Source: the human T2T-CHM13v2.0 reference genome, Homo sapiens
DNA length: 64,000 nt
Assembly (NCBI RefSeq): GCF_009914755.1
Contig: NC_060927.1
Strand: one strand, 5' to 3'
Of this stretch, positions 49,573-64,000 are shown piece by piece. The notes beneath the pieces were generated by a model that saw nothing but the letters and a program-made list of their open reading frames with translations, was not told where the DNA came from and did no database searches. The position numbers and the translations under genes are program-made. Every line of letters begins with the position of its first letter. Position 1 is the stretch's first letter.

Positions 49573-50418
49573 TATGTTATCTGTAAAAGTCAGCCTAAGC
49601 CACAGTGTTAGCCCAGACAAACACAAAGAAGTGTGTGCAACCACATGTTTCCTGCTTTGTTTATTCTTATTAGGGTATAACAACCTACTGGGGTAAATAC
49701 CTCCCTAGCAAGAGCAATCTGGAAGATAGGAGTATTAAAACATCAGGCAGAGATACAATCGAATTATTATCAAGCAATTGCGACATAAAAAGAGTAGGCA
49801 CTGATTGAATCTCAGCACTTATTACTTCACCTTGCAATTGCAACATAACAAAAACACCAGTCACAGATGCAATCACAAAGACAAGTGGAATCAATACTGA
49901 CTCTAAAATACATTACAGGCCATTTTTAAATAAATATGTAAAATCTGCTCTAAATTGATTCTAGCTCAGTGTAGCAAACTGCTGTAACAAGTTTTACATA
50001 CAAAGCCTAGAGAAAAGAACAGGGAGGAGCAACCTGAAGCATGCACAGCTTAGAGTGAAGATGTTCTTCCACTTAAACTTCTTGCTCCATGACATGTGGT
50101 TGTTCTTTACACTCAACAACAAATTTCACCTTATGGATCTCAAAAGCTCTGCTCCGGGAGAGGACCAACATGTTCAAACAATAACAGCTAGAGAGTTAAA
50201 AATAAAGACAAGTGCTCTTTAATCTCAATTCAGTTTCCTAAGAAATCTGTACAGAGGGAGCAATAAACAGTGTTAAGGTTTTTTTTGTTTGTTTGGGCTT
50301 GTTTTCAGAGCCAGGTATCATGTTAGTTTATGTGCACTTAACATAGGCTTAATGATATATCTGTGCAGTGTACTTCTCTAGGCACTATGGAGATCAAAAA
50401 TATGAAAAGCATAGCCCT

Positions 50419-50726
50419 GGCCAGACATGGTGGCTCACGCCTTGTAATCCCAGCATTTTGGGAGGCCAAAGTGGGTGGATTGCTTGAGCCCAGGAGTTCA
50501 AGACCAGCCTGGGCAACATGACAAAACCACATCTCTACAGAAAATACAAAAAACTAGCTGGGTGTGGTGGTGCACGCTTGTAGTCCCAGTTACATGGGAG
50601 ACTGAGGTGGGAGAATCACCTGAGCCCAGGAAGTCGAGGCTGTAGTGAGCTGTGATTGTACCACTGCACTCCAGCCTGGGTGACAGAATGAGACCCTGTC
50701 TCAAAACAATTAAAAAGACAAGAAAA
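50419..50726 (+). mobile_element. AluJ
   Basis: Full dimer; degenerate TSD GAAAAGCATAGCCCT / GAAAAGCCTATTCCT. Confidence 0.92.
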
Positions 50727-50789
50727 GAAAAGCCTATTCCTTGCCCTCAAAGAGTTACTGTATTAGTGAGGGAGAGATAGGTAGGTCTA

Positions 50790-51021
<232 letters not shown>

Positions 51022-51479
51022 CACTTGAATTTGACTTGGACGTTAAGTAATCTAAGTAATACCCTGATATTTTAAATCCATTACTATAAATTCATACATA
51101 TATACCCCCACTTTCATGCTTCCCTTCTAAAATGGCAGCCTCCTTAGACAAAATAACTTTTGACTACATGTTTTCTTTAAAAAATCCTTCACTATGTCTT
51201 TCAAGTACGCTGCCACATAGCAGTCCTCAATATATATTTGTGGAATTAATGAATACAATGTATTTGATGTAAGGTCTGCCACTAGAGAGTAGCAGCTCAA
51301 GAGAATTTGGTTCTTAGTGTCCCAGGCTCTTTTTGCTTACATCTGTGGTGTCTGTTGCTTTTGCTCTCATCCCACTTTTAAAAGCTGCTGATATGGTTTT
51401 AATGAAACTTGAAGTATTACCTCAAAAATTTTGCATTTTGAGCTTTATCATGAATTTTGTGATAAAAAGGTTTAGTCTT

Positions 51480-51884
<405 letters not shown>

Positions 51885-52349
51885 CTACAAATGACAGGAG
51901 TCCTGGCCTCATTATTCTACCTTCAGCTAGAAAGTAGATTCCCACAGGCATAGGGTGCACGGTCTACCAGCTTTGCAAGGGTCTTTTAAATGTTTGAGAT
52001 CTGATGAAAGATTTATTGACTCCAAAATATGAAAAGAAACCTGTAAAATCAAAGTAAAAAATGATTAATTAAATGCCTTTGAAGCATAAAGTTAGATTAC
52101 CTACATGACTGCACATCAGCTTCTACAGTTATGCAAAAATTATATGTAATGTGGGCTATGGCTATCTTTTAATATATTTGAAAGGATATGAACTGTCAGG
52201 ATACAATGGGAACTGTTCTTTGTCTCCCCAGCTGCCACTCTTTCCACCTTATTTCTCCAGCCCTAGTTTTTCTCTAACACGTCCCTCATTTTGTTCAGAT
52301 GCTCACCCTTTCGCCCAAGCAGCCATGTGCCGAATTCTATAAATGAACC

Positions 52350-52730
52350 TTATTGGTGCAACGGTGATAGCACTTTCTCTACCATTAGTTGGTTCTGAAA
52401 TTGGCATACAACTCAACTCTCACCAACAAGATATGAAAAGAATTCTGCTGGGGGAAGGCGTGTTCTGGAGAAAGTTTGTTTTGTCGTAAAAGAGAGGCAG
52501 TCCCTTATGACTGAAGTCTTTTCTGGCTGAACATGATGACTGGAACTACTTCAGACATATTGCTGAAGGCTAAGGAATACTGAGGATGGCAGACTGAAGA
52601 GATGGAAAGAACTTGGGTCTTTGATGACATGGTCAAGCTGTTGAATCAACCTACCCTGAAGCCCACCCTACCTCGGAACTTCATGAGATTAAAATGTCCT
52701 TTCTGTTTAATCCAGTTTCAGTTAGTGTGT
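52350..52730 (+). mobile_element. MLT1K/L-like MaLR fragment
   Basis: GAGGATGGCAGA..GATGGAAAGAACTTGGGTCTTTGATGACAT..GCTGTTGAATCAACC. Confidence 0.75.
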
Positions 52731-53139
52731 CCTCACCGCTTTACAGGTCCCCTGCTGTCTTAAACAAGGAGCAAACATTCCCCTTCCTGCTTCTCTGTTA
52801 TCATCTATTTCGGTCATCTTCAGCTCAGAGAAAAAGTTCTTTACTATCACTGGCTGTAAGTCACCCAGGGCAAGAATCACATTATACTGGTTCAGTGTCA
52901 GTGAGTGGTACTCATATGATTAGTGGATATCCTTTTTCATATTGCTGCAATATCTTCACTCATGACAATGGCTAGATTCAGCTATGTGGCCGGGCTCAGT
53001 CGTTGACATCACTGGACATAATCTGAGGACTATTGGGAAGTCCCATGGATAAAAATACCTCTACTAGATTTTCACCACTAAAGCCAAGTTAGTATAACAC
53101 GCTAACCAAGACTTTAATTGCTCCTATCTAAATAATCAT

Positions 53140-53253
53140 TTATGAGCCCACCTGGAATTTTGATCTATGGAACTGTGTGATATAATAAATGAGTGTTCTT
53201 ATAAGCCACTAAGTTTGAAATAATTTGCTACATAGCATTAGAAAAGAAATAAA
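53140..53253 (+). mobile_element. MLT1 3' end fragment
   Basis: GAACTGTG..ATAATAAAT..TAAGCCACTAAGTTTG..TAATTTG.TACATAGCA. Confidence 0.7.
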
Positions 53254-53310
53254 ATATAGTATACATCATGTAAACATTTTAAAAATACACAAAACTGATA
53301 TCATATATGT

Positions 53311-53510
53311 TAGGGAATCAGCAAACTGCACCCCCCGGGTATATCAAGCCCATGTCTTGTTTTTTACAGCTCATAAACTAAGATCAGTTTTCACATTTTT
53401 AAAGGTTTGTAAAAATTGAAAAAGAAGAATATAGGACAGAGACTGTATGTCATTCACAAAACCAAAATATGTATTATTGTGCCTTTTACAGAAAAAGTTT
53501 GTTGACTCTG
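53311..53510. mobile_element. MER58-family hAT-Charlie
   Basis: TCAGCAAACT...GACAGAGACTGTATG...TTTACAGAAAAAGTTTG.TGAC. Confidence 0.8.
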
Positions 53511-53545
53511 CTACATACTGTCTGCTATAGTTTCAGGATGCTGGC

Positions 53546-53999
53546 TGTGCTGGATGTCTTACACTTGTCCCCTCTGGGTCCATTTCCCAACTTCCTCCTT
53601 GCCCAGGCCTGTATGGACTATGTCAGCTGCCTTCTGGCTCCTGGTTGGGTGTGGCCAGTAGGGGCAGGGCCAGGAGACTAAAGGACAGAGGAGAATGAGA
53701 CTGGGGTGTTGATTTGCCAGCTCCCTCCCTGCAGTGCAGCCTGAGGCAGGTTGTGTCCCTCAACCAAAGGACACAGATCCTGTGAAGACTGCCCACTCTG
53801 TGCCATTGTCTCCTCTGGAATCCAGTAACTCTTCTCTCCCTTCTCCCGTTTAGGCCTAGGGGTATTAGCACTCGGATACCCACTGCGATTTCCCTACATT
53901 CTGCCCACACCTGTGTAAATGGCATTTTTAATGAATACTCCTCCAAATTATTCACCTCAAGTGTGACATCTGCTCCCCACCAGGATCCTGACTGAAACA
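53546..53999 (+). mobile_element. LTR33 ERVL LTR
   Basis: TGTGCTGGAT...CTGCCCACACCTGTGTAAAT...GTGTGACATCTG..CCTGACTGAAACA. Confidence 0.78.
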
Positions 54000-54191
54000 C
54001 CCACAAAATTAATTATAGTGGTTACTTTGGGTGAGAGAGGAAAAAGAACAAGGGATGAGAAACAGAAAGCTTCAACTTGATCTTTAATGCTGGCTCTCTT
54101 TCATTTATGGAAGGACTAGAAACAAATATGACAAACTCTTAATAATGGCTGATTCTGGATGGCAAAAACAAAGATCTATCTGGTTTGTTCA

Positions 54192-54194
<3 letters not shown>

Positions 54195-54236
<42 letters not shown>
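54195..54236. repeat. (AT)n microsatellite, ~21 units
   Basis: Pure AT run. Confidence 0.95.
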
Positions 54237-54239
<3 letters not shown>

Positions 54240-55590
54240 CTCTCAAAATTAAAAGACTTTCTCAGCCACATTGATTACTGTTTAAGACTACCAGAATCAT
54301 CTATCTATTAATAAATTAATAAATTCAAATCATAGAGTCTGCCTGACCAGCCCCAGTCTTGCCTGGTTGGCAGGTGAATCTCCTAACTAGTTGCTTTCTT
54401 ATCACAACTTGTAACAGTCAAATTCCCACTGGCCTTTATGCTCATCACCACCCGAGGCATGAAGCCGCAAAAGCAACACAGCCCAACTGACTCGGTAGCC
54501 TGGCGGTCAGCACTTCTCCCAGATGCACTGTTCCATGGCTCCCCTTCTCCCCCGGACCTCCTTTAGTGGGCTCTCTGTGTTGTTTTCGGAATGAAGTAAT
54601 AAACCGTCACTGCCAGTACTTATAAAATGTTCTGGCTTTATGGCACAGCATCTCCTGCTGCTTTGGGCACAAGTCCAGTTTAAGCAAAGAATCTGGAAGG
54701 AGAGCAAAAAGAGTTTTCTAACCATTGCACTAAGGATGGTAGAAAAGAAAAATTAGATTCATGGCAAAAAAAGAAAAAAAGCTCATCTTCAGGACAAATA
54801 CCAAAAAATGGGACTACTAGCCTGGATCTGACTAAATGAAGTTATAAACATGAAATCCTTGGATTAATCATGAAAGTTTTACATGGGTTAGAAGACACTC
54901 CTCCAACACAAACAGCCACAAAAGGCTATGTCATCACTACACCCAAGATGATGAAATACCTGTTCATCACTTCATAGTCATCCTTTCCTTTATATAATCT
55001 ACTCTGCTCATCTGAATTCTGACTTTTAGGGAAGTGCCTTTTGTGAGTTATGTATGCTCAGTGGTTTTACGTGTACTTCATTTTTTACCAGCTGTGACAA
55101 GATTCTTAATCTTCATACAAGAAAAGCCAAGCCCGTGCAAGAACAACCTGTCAGGGATACTTACAGCCTTGTAGTTAACTCTCTCCTGAGTGTGATTTAA
55201 TCAGCAAGGTACTGCTGACAATGTGTAATAGAACATTGTAAAAGCTACAGGTTAATACCTCCGAGGGTGCCAAAGGAGATGCCATAAAGGATATGGCAGT
55301 GAAATGAAAAAATGATTATTATTTAGCATTTATTAATCCTAGGTGGTATGCTAAACTCTAAAGAACATAGCATAGACAGAAGCAGATTGCCTCTGAAGTT
55401 CTGTGCTTTCCTCAACAAAAATGGAAGAGACTCTTACAACATTATCTCTAAATGATAATATGAAGTAGAAACAGCTTGAATCCATGGACAATGGCAGAAA
55501 AATACCAAAATAAAAGCCAAAAGGATTTTTGATGTGTATGTCCTCCAACCACAATCTGCTTTCATACACAGCACAATCTTGTGTATCTAC

Positions 55591-55797
55591 CAGGAGTCGA
55601 CAAACTACAGCCTATGGGTTCACCACCTGTTTTTGTAAAGTTTCGTTGGAACACAGCCACATCCATTTGTCTACAAATTGTCTGTGGCTGCTTTTGTTCT
55701 ACAACAAGAGTTGAGTACTTATGACAGAGACCATATGGCCAGCAAAGCCAAAAATATTACTACTTGGCCCTTTGCAGAAAAGGCTTACTGACCCCTG
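55591..55797. mobile_element. MER58A hAT-Charlie
   Basis: CAGGAGTCGACAAACTACAGCC...TTGGAACACAGCCAC...GACAGAGACCATATGGCC...TGACCCCTG. Confidence 0.88.
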
Positions 55798-57554
55798 GTG
55801 TTGTTTGAATGGGAGAAAACATGATCTAGACTTATGATTGTCTTGATAGAGTTACTTATCAATGTATTAATTTACAAGTATTCATTCAAAATTAAAATTC
55901 AATCTAGCTTCATGAGGCATATATAAAACGCCTATGTTTTTGCATAGTAGAGGAATGCACATACCACAGTGAAAGTTAACACATCACTTTTCCAGAGCAA
56001 AAGCACTTCACCTTGATGGAACTGCAGGAGATTCCCACAGAACAAACTAGTTTCCTAGCTAGATCTTTATCTTTGAAAAGGCCAAAGATCTGGATAGTTG
56101 AATGGAAGGTAAGATTCTACTAGTTATCATTCTATATAGGATAATGGTCCATGGTTTAATTTCTAGAACCACTCTAAATTAGATTTTAAAACTATTTGGA
56201 GCATTAAGACATTTATTGGTTTTATGTTATAGTCCACAAACTCTTGAGAAAAAAAAAAAACCAGTTGCAATCCACTTCCTGATTCTGCGGTTACAGTATA
56301 TTTCAGCCACATAGTCAACAGTGTGATAAAATCAAATGTCATTTGTTTATTCAGAGACTATAAATGGCTTTCTTGATATGAAAGTAAACATTGTTTGAAA
56401 ACTTCTAGCCTGAAGGATTGCTTTTTAAGTCTTCTTTGAAGAAATCCTTTTAGCACTCTCCAACAAATGTGGACATCGGAAAACTCCTCATTCATCTGAA
56501 CAGACCAAGAACAGTGTTTCAATCTTCCAGATGCATGGAAAGAACATAAATAGCAGTTTTCCAGCACATAGGTGGTGATTCAAATAGATGCTATATTTCA
56601 TTCCTCAGGAATTGAACTCTATGACTTAATCTTACCTGCTTAACATCCAAAGATCTATGTTAGGGTTTTGGTAGCTTACATATGCTCTCTGTGACAACTG
56701 AGTAATATTACAACATCACACAGTTTGAAGAGGGGAAAACATTCAAAACCTTTCAAGCCCAATTACTTCATGAAACTATTTTAAAAATCAGACTGAACCA
56801 AATTGCTGTATTTCCAAATATCTTTTTATTTTACAATAATTTTAAAGGATTTCTTTCAATTACTTATACCTTTTACCCCCTGTAACTCTGAACAAAAACA
56901 CCTTTTCACAAAGAATGATGAGGAAAATATCCAGGCTTATTTAGAGAACTGATAATGGATATCCTTAAGCAGAATCAAAACTAGCCTTAAACAGGGGACT
57001 GGGCTTGAGTTCTAGCCCTGGCCTAGGGAACTAATCAGATGAATGTGAATGACCTTGATCAGTTCACTTTCTTCTTTGAGTTTTATTTTCCTCATCTCTA
57101 AAAGCAAGTAATTTAAATCAAATTCCCAGAGTACTTCCAGCCCTAATACAATGATGACTAAAGCTTGGCATCTATCATAGTTCTCAGTATAATTACTTCT
57201 AACTTTCTTCCAACCTCATTCCGATACATGACAAAATGCCAGGGAGGGGTGGAGAATCACAGTACACCAAACAGGAATTTTATTCTCCCCTTCTAATTTG
57301 GAAGGAGTCATCACAATATTGCTAAGCCACAGAGGGGCATTTTCTTTGCCCCTCTTTCAGCACTTCATATAAGATTAGGCATAAGTTCTGTCTTGGTTTC
57401 TCTGACTGTATTATTTAAAAGAGTAGAAAAAATGATTTATAAAAATAATTTAGGACTATCTAGAGTTTTATGGATCAACATACTGGCACGTTGCAAAAAT
57501 AGCTTTAATTACCTAAAGCATGATGTCCAGAGAGCTTTATAACTTGTTCTTAAA

Positions 57555-57670
57555 AAAGGATGTGGAACTATTGGAACTCTCAGCTATTGCTGATGGAAAT
57601 ACGGTCCCATTTTGGAAAGCTGTTTGGCAGTTTCTTATAAAGTTAAACATACACCCATCTTATGACTCAG
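57555..57670 (+). mobile_element. Ancient L1M fragment
   Basis: GGATGTGGA..TGGAACTCTCA..TTGCTG...TTTGGCAGTTTCTTATAAAGTTAAACATACA. Confidence 0.75.
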
Positions 57671-58761
57671 ACAGAATATGGCTGTTAGAGTTTCACAAAA
57701 ATATAATATGAAAGTAAATTACAGTACAGCCCTTCAAATAAAAGTTCACAAGGATTCTGAATTTCTTGAAGTAATATTAAGTATCCAAGTATGACAGTGT
57801 CACAAACTTACATATTAAGATCCTTCTAAAAAGAACCCAGTCGGCAATCTTTTAGAACATTATTTAGGAAGAATCAAGAATGTGAGAAAATGGATTGATG
57901 AACTAAATATTTTAAAGATCAGGTTGGGAAACTTAGGATAACTTAAAACATTCAATGCTTTCTGATATCTAGAAGGACTACCCAAGCAAAAAGAAAATAA
58001 TTAAGTAGACTTATCTATTCTTTTATATGATGAAAAGCCCTCCAGGAGGTAAAGGGTCCCAGGGAGGAGCTGATAGTATAAGAAGTAATTAAAAGCAACG
58101 AAGCACAAACTGCATACTGGTTATTTTCTAGGATTTGTTTTTAACTTTACCTCTGAGCATTAAAGGAAACAAAGAAAATAGTAATATCCCTGGGCAAGAA
58201 TAATTTCCTACTTTTCAGTAATCTTATGCAGAATAATAAACACAAGGAGGGGCAAGCTTTAATGAGAATGCAAAGATGTTTGACAATTTCTCAGACCCAC
58301 CAACAACAGCAAAGCCGTGTGAAAAACACAGACAACATCCAAACATTTTAAGCCTCAGTTACCAAGTTTACATGAAATAAATTCCAGACTCCTTACCCAG
58401 CTTACAAAGCCCAGTGTGACCTGGCTTTTGTTCCCTTTTCTGCCTCACCTTTGTGCCTTCCTCCTCCTCACTTACTATGTTCGAATTTGTTCCTAGAACT
58501 TCCTCTGCTTGGTCCAGCCCCCAGGTTGCACCCACCCTGTCCTCTGCCTGCAGTGCCCTTTTCCTCATCTCGCTTGGCGTTTCTGTTTTTCAGCCTTCAG
58601 ATTCCTGGAGTGTCCCCTTTCATCACCCAATCTAAAGAAGCCCCTTATCTACATAAATTTCATAATTTTTTTCCTTTTTTAAATTTGCTTATTTTCTCTC
58701 TACACCAGCTAGAATGTAAGCTCCATGAAAGCGAGTAACTGATCTCTTTTGTGCTTGGCAC

Positions 58762-59168
58762 TATGAAAGAAAACATTATCGTGAGATTTGTAAAACTGGG
58801 AAGGAAGACTTTTTTCAAGATTACTGCAGTAGGGGTTTGCAATAAGGCAGAGAGATGGAACCCAACTCCAAATACAACAAGGACAAGTGGGGATTTGTAA
58901 CCAAAGACCAGGGTAAAAGTTCAGTGGATGGGCAATTACTGAGAGGAGACATCAAGGGTAGGAGGATTCTTGCTAAGCTGACCTAACAGGATTTTTGTTG
59001 AAGGAAGGCCAGGATAGTCAGATACCAAAGGATGAGGGATGACTTAGGACTCTTTGGTATGGCTGGGCTGGGCAGGCCACGGAGAGGACAGTGCCAAGGT
59101 TGAGTCTGGTCAAGAAGAGGGCTGAAAGGAGTATAACTAAAGTCTGGTCAAGGGGAGGGTCTTTGTCA
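58762..59168 (-). mobile_element. MER31-like ERV1 solo LTR
   Basis: Minus strand starts TGACAAAGACCCTCCCCTTGACCAGACTTTAG; flanks GCAC/GCAT. Confidence 0.8.
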
Positions 59169-59204
59169 GCATATGGGAGGCTCTCAAAAAATACTGACCA
59201 ACTG

Positions 59205-59505
59205 GGGCTGAGCACAGTGGCTTACACCTGTAATCCCAGCACTTTGGGAGACCAAGGCAGGCAGGTCAGGAGTTCAAGACCAGCCTGGCCAACATGGTGA
59301 AACCCCCATCTCTACTAAAAATACAAAAAGTAGCAAGGCATGGTGGCAGGCACCTATAGTTTCAGCTACTCTGTAGGCTGAGGTGGGAGAATTGCTTGAA
59401 CCTGGGGGGTGGAGGCTGCAATGAGCTGAGACCAAGCCACTGTACCCTAAACTGGGCAACAAAGCAAGACTCTGTCTCAAGAACAACAGCAACAACAACA
59501 ACAAC
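59205..59505 (+). mobile_element. AluS with (AAC)n tail
   Basis: 17-bp TSD AAAATACTGACCAACTG 59188-59204 and 59506-59522. Confidence 0.93.
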
Positions 59506-62500
59506 AAAATACTGACCAACTGAATGAACAAATTCTCTCCCCCAAAATTAAAGTGATAGATTTGCTATTTAAATTTTTTAATTGCTTCAGTTTTCCATTT
59601 TATCTTGCTCCCCAAAACACCAGTAATAATAAGAATAAACAAGAAAATAAACTCTCTACTTTCTTTCAAGGTGAAAAGAGTAAATCTTCATAATTCTTGG
59701 TACCTTTTGGCATTTATTTATGCCTCAAAACTTTATTGAGAGTTCACTGTAATGTGCTGATTACTCTTCCAGGCATGCACAGACAAATCCAAAGAAAACA
59801 TCTCTGCCTTCAAGTTCATTGTCTACTAAGTTCATTGTCACTGTCTACTGTATGATAAATACATAAAGAGATGGGCTATGGAAAAAGAAGCCCTGGTAGC
59901 TGAGATGAGAAAAAGGTAGAGAGGGAGCCCTGGCTGGCAATGAGGCAGGAGGAAGAAAGACTCAAGTGGAGAAAAATGTATTGAGAATTTTCCAAATCAA
60001 ATGCCCTATAGTAAGACTTCCACAAGAAACCCTGCCCATCTTCCACAAAATTACAAACCCCAGGTTATGGTGGGTGTGATTCAATTTGTTAAAGGAACCA
60101 GCAAAGGAGTGAGGTTGAGTCAAGAGTTCGTCCAGGGCTTAGACAAAGGGACAGCTGCACTTCTGGGTCATGTTAATGCATGGAAATCATTCTTCTGTGG
60201 AAGAAAAACATTTAGTCCAACTGTTTTAGCGGTGATGTTGATGTAAAAAAATAATAATAAATTGCATAGATGTCCATGAGGATATCACTGTAACCCCGAT
60301 GAATTTAGAGGGATGAGGAAGAAAATGTGCCCCATGTGATGCAGTGCTGCCACAAAATTGCTGATCACATGGACTGCAAGCTCAGTGGCTCTGCAGGAGA
60401 GGACAGGTCAAAAGAGGAGAGAGAAAAGTTGAGGCACTCCCCCCTGCTGCTGCTGCTGTTCTGGGCATGCGCCCAGCATCACTTGCACTCTCAGTGAGAT
60501 GGAGGGTTAACTACAAAACCGAAAATAATATTTGATAATACTTGTGTATTTTTAAAATCTTAATGTGTTTGTTATATTTCCCAATAAATAGACTTTTTTT
60601 TAATTTTTAAATTTTATCTCAGGGGTACCATAAACCAAAGCTGACTAGGTGATCCCAAATTGCACCAGCGGAAAGGCTGGCAAAGACAAGACTAGATCAA
60701 TGTAAGAGAAGTGACATTTGGAGGCAATAATTTCCAACATGTTCATTTAAAAATTGTGCTAATTGGAAGCTCTGCTTCTTCCATGTGAAAGCAACTAATA
60801 AGCTGATGACAGCAGAATCAGGCATCAGAACCCCACAAGGAAATTACAGATGTAATAGATACCTCTGGGTGCATATAAGACTTTTAAATCTAAATTGAAT
60901 CTTTATTTAGAAATCAATTTATGTGGGTAGACTCTTTGCCCAAGGGTATTTGTTTGCTACTTTATGAATGTTTCAAGCCAGCAATTTTTTTCCTAGGTTT
61001 ATAAATGCCTCTGACTAAATAAAATATGAGGATAGATTTGTATGATAAATATGTTTTTGACATTATCTATTTATTTGTCCATTGAAGTGTACAGACTTTA
61101 TCTAAACACAGTTATCTATCAGACTATTTATTTTATGAAATAAAATTATCTATAAATGGCTATTTCCCTCTGTGCCCTCTAAAAGAACTAAAATAGTGAA
61201 ACTTCAATTTATCCCAGAGATTGTGAGGTCAATCTGACCCTACTTCCAAATCAGTTAAAGGCTACTCAGATTTATTTAACCACTATTACACATCACAAAA
61301 TATTTTACATAATTTAAAGAAAATGAGAGAAAATTTTCTCTAAAGCCTTAGCAATTGGTCCTTTTTAAACTATATTTTCATATCCTGGAAAAAAAATAGG
61401 GTCATAATTCAGGCTGAATCAGCCTCTAGACATAGGCTGGTAAAGGAGGAAATGCTCCCTAAATTTGATGGAACCAGGACAGGGGAACTGCCTCCACAAG
61501 GGGTGAGCACCAAAGCTGATGGTCAGCAACCCACACTACAGATTCCATAAGAAGAGACTGCACTTACCCGGTTAACATGGATACTCAAAGAGTCTACAGA
61601 AGCATTTTCACTTATTAGTGAATGAGGAGGTCAAGGGGTAACAACATCATGAACCCATGTGGTCCATCTGATTTGGGAAAAGATTTCAGCAAATAGCAAG
61701 GAGCATGGAGAAGAGAGTACAGATCTCAGCAAGAACAGATTTATCAGTTGCTGAAATTTAGGGCAAGATTCTAGTCCCAGTAAGTTTCTATCAGGAACCA
61801 AGGAATAGACACATTGATACTGGCCAGGCAAGGTTAGTGTAGAGAAACTTGGACATACAGGGATTTGATCATACATAAGCTAAACAACCTCATTGGTAAC
61901 CACTGGGAAAGGTGGGCTCCTAACTCTAGTCCCTGCCTCCACCAAGTTAAACCCCAAAATTACATAGCGTTATTCAATATGCCTCTTGCATTCCCTGAAA
62001 TGGTACAACACGTAGACTCGGCAAGATGAAGTGAGGAAAACTCAGCTATCAAAGAGAAAAGTAGCATGGAAATCACCAATGCAACAGCTACATTAAACAA
62101 TAAGATAACGATGAAACAGTAAATATGTTTTACTAGAATCACAAAAAAATTTGAAGTGATACAGTGTTTTAGTGCCTCACTCACAAATGTCAAGGTTAGA
62201 AGCAGGCTTCAAACCCCACTTTCTCTTGATCATCAAGTTTCTTATTTAAGGTTCTTTTTTTCCAGCAAAATCTCCTGCTGTGCTTGAGAATTTCTTAATT
62301 ACATTTTCAAGTTTTCTGCTATCATGGCAGAACACTACATAAAGTAATTATGGAGCTAATAAAAAGAATGAAAAACTTTTTGTATTTTCCCAAAAGTATA
62401 CAACAATGCAAAGTTGTAAACACAAACTTAAATGGTTTACTCCACATTTGTCTCAGCAAATTAAAATGCCATCAACCCTTTATGGAGAAAATGTAGATAG

Positions 62501-62614
62501 CAAAAATAAAACATAGTAAAATGAAGATTTAGAGACTGAATTTCAATCCAAACTCACTGTGAGATTAATTGAAAGCTAAAATTTGAAAAATCTAAGTAAT
62601 TTCCAAAATTGATT

Positions 62615-63730
62615 GGTTTTTTATGATTTAAACTATAGTAAATGTCTGTGGTAAAAAGTTTAGGAAGTGTAGAAAAATATCAAAAAGAATAAATAACACT
62701 CAAAAGCCCAATGTTCAAAGTTAGACAAAACTAACATTTGAATATACATTCGTCCAGTCTCTTTCCTAGGCATATAACTGCATTTTTCATATGGAGGAAT
62801 CATAATACACCAAATTTTTTATAACCTGCTTTTCTCCTTTAATCACAGGCTGTAAAAATTTCATGTTATTGAACGTTCTTTAACAGCATCATTTCATTGC
62901 CTCCAAAGTATTTCAAGAATATACTATAATTTTAATAATTCCCTATTGAACATATAGTTTGTTTACAATTTTCTCTTATTGTACAAAATGCTTTCATAAG
63001 TTTTCTTTTACATGTATCTTTGTTCACAACCATGACTATTTCCTTAGGTTATATTCTTAAAATTAACATTGCTATATTTAACGATATGCAGATTTAAATC
63101 TTTTGCTATACATTGCCAAATTGCTTTCTAAAATGATTGTACCAGTTTATATTTACCCTCCCCTCTTTAACAAGAGAATGTTTATTTCTAGTATTGCTAA
63201 TAACATCGGCTTCTAATTACCATCAGACTGATAAAGAAAATGGTATTCATTTGTGTTTGCATTTTCCAACTACTAGTCATGCTGTTGCTTTATGCTTATT
63301 AGCCATGTAAATTTCTTGTTTTACAACAGTCTATTATATCCATTGTCCATTCTTCTACTGGGCTGCTCAATTTTTTCTTATCATGACAACATCCTAGATT
63401 ATTAAGCCTTTTTAAGATAATATATTACAGATGTTTTATACAGTGTATCACATTTTAATCATCTTTCTGGTGATTTTTACATACAGAAGATTTCTCATTT
63501 CTAAATAGTTAAACCTATTTATTTTTCTTTTATACTATTTGTATGCTAGAAAGGCTTTTCCCACCCCCAAGATCATATAAATACTTACTTATATTCTCTT
63601 CTTTAAGTTCTTTAATGAGTTTCATTTTTTTATATTTGGTCCATAATCCATCTGGAATTTACATTAGCATTAGAAGATTCTAACTTTATTCCTTTCCATA
63701 TACCTAAACACTTGGTCATGTACCTTCTAT
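62615..63730 (-). mobile_element. Ancient L1ME-type 3' region
   Basis: ATTGCCAAATTGCTTTC..GATTGTACCAGTTTA; GAAAATGGTAT..TTTGCATTT; AATCCATCTGGAATTT. Confidence 0.7.
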
Positions 63731-64000
63731 TTCTGTGGTTTTTCAAATACCTTTTTAAAACACTGGAATGCTTTCTCCAAGCAAAATTATTTTACATGAG
63801 ATGCCATTATATGTAATACAAATATAAATGGAGCTGTGCTATGAACCAGAGGTAGGGAGAGGGGTACAGGGTAGTGATTTTCTGCATTAGCCTGCAACAC
63901 TTCACAGAGCACCATTTGCAAATTATTTATTCTTTCCCCAAAGATTTGAAATATCATTGTCATATTGTATTACCTAACTTGGGTCTGCTCTGATCTTTCT

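Larger units (their letters stand above)
58365..59530 (+). mobile_element. L2 3' fragment split by MER31 and Alu
   Basis: AAATTCCAGACTCCTTA..CAAAGCCC...CTAGAATGTAAGCTCCATGA..GTGCTTGGCAC; resumes GCATATGGGAGGCTCTCAA and TGAATGAA. Confidence 0.7.

Noticed and set aside
51277-51296. CTCF-like GCCACTAGAGAGTAGC (similar at ~53653 and ~57326)
   Set aside because: Mismatches or gaps in the core GGC positions.
61561-61603. Possible 26-nt minus-strand micro-exon (CGG/GTAAGT donor); isolated donors also near 43511, 55160, 56631
   Set aside because: Weak polypyrimidine tract, not frame-preserving, no recognisable peptide.

Overview
Primate (very probably human) non-coding DNA, dense in transposable elements; I found no supportable host protein-coding exon, tRNA, rRNA or CRISPR feature, and nearly all ORFs in the supplied track are repeat-derived or chance frames. 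Main contents: a 5'-truncated older L1PA (1-3480, -) carrying a nested L1 3' fragment, a twin-primed L1 fragment, a full-length ~6.2 kb L1PA4-like element (28103-34299, -) with an almost intact ORF1, about 22 Alu/Alu-monomer copies (one a near-pristine AluYc1-type), many solo LTRs (MLT2A, MSTA, MLT1, LTR16, LTR33, ERV1 types), hAT/Tigger DNA-transposon relics, and MIR/L2/L3/L1M fossils, often nested with readable target-site duplications. Repeat subfamily names come from recall of consensus sequences and need RepeatMasker/Dfam confirmation. I did not find a convincing new multi-component biological system. The best leads are an 87-nt near-perfect non-repeat hairpin (45344-45430), the very young AluYc1-type insertion that forms a close inverted Alu pair, a candidate 17-nt L1 3' transduction, two motif-dense unique segments (20860-21020 promoter-like; 27130-27790 muscle-enhancer-like), and a MaLR orientation bias hinting that the window is intronic to a minus-strand gene.
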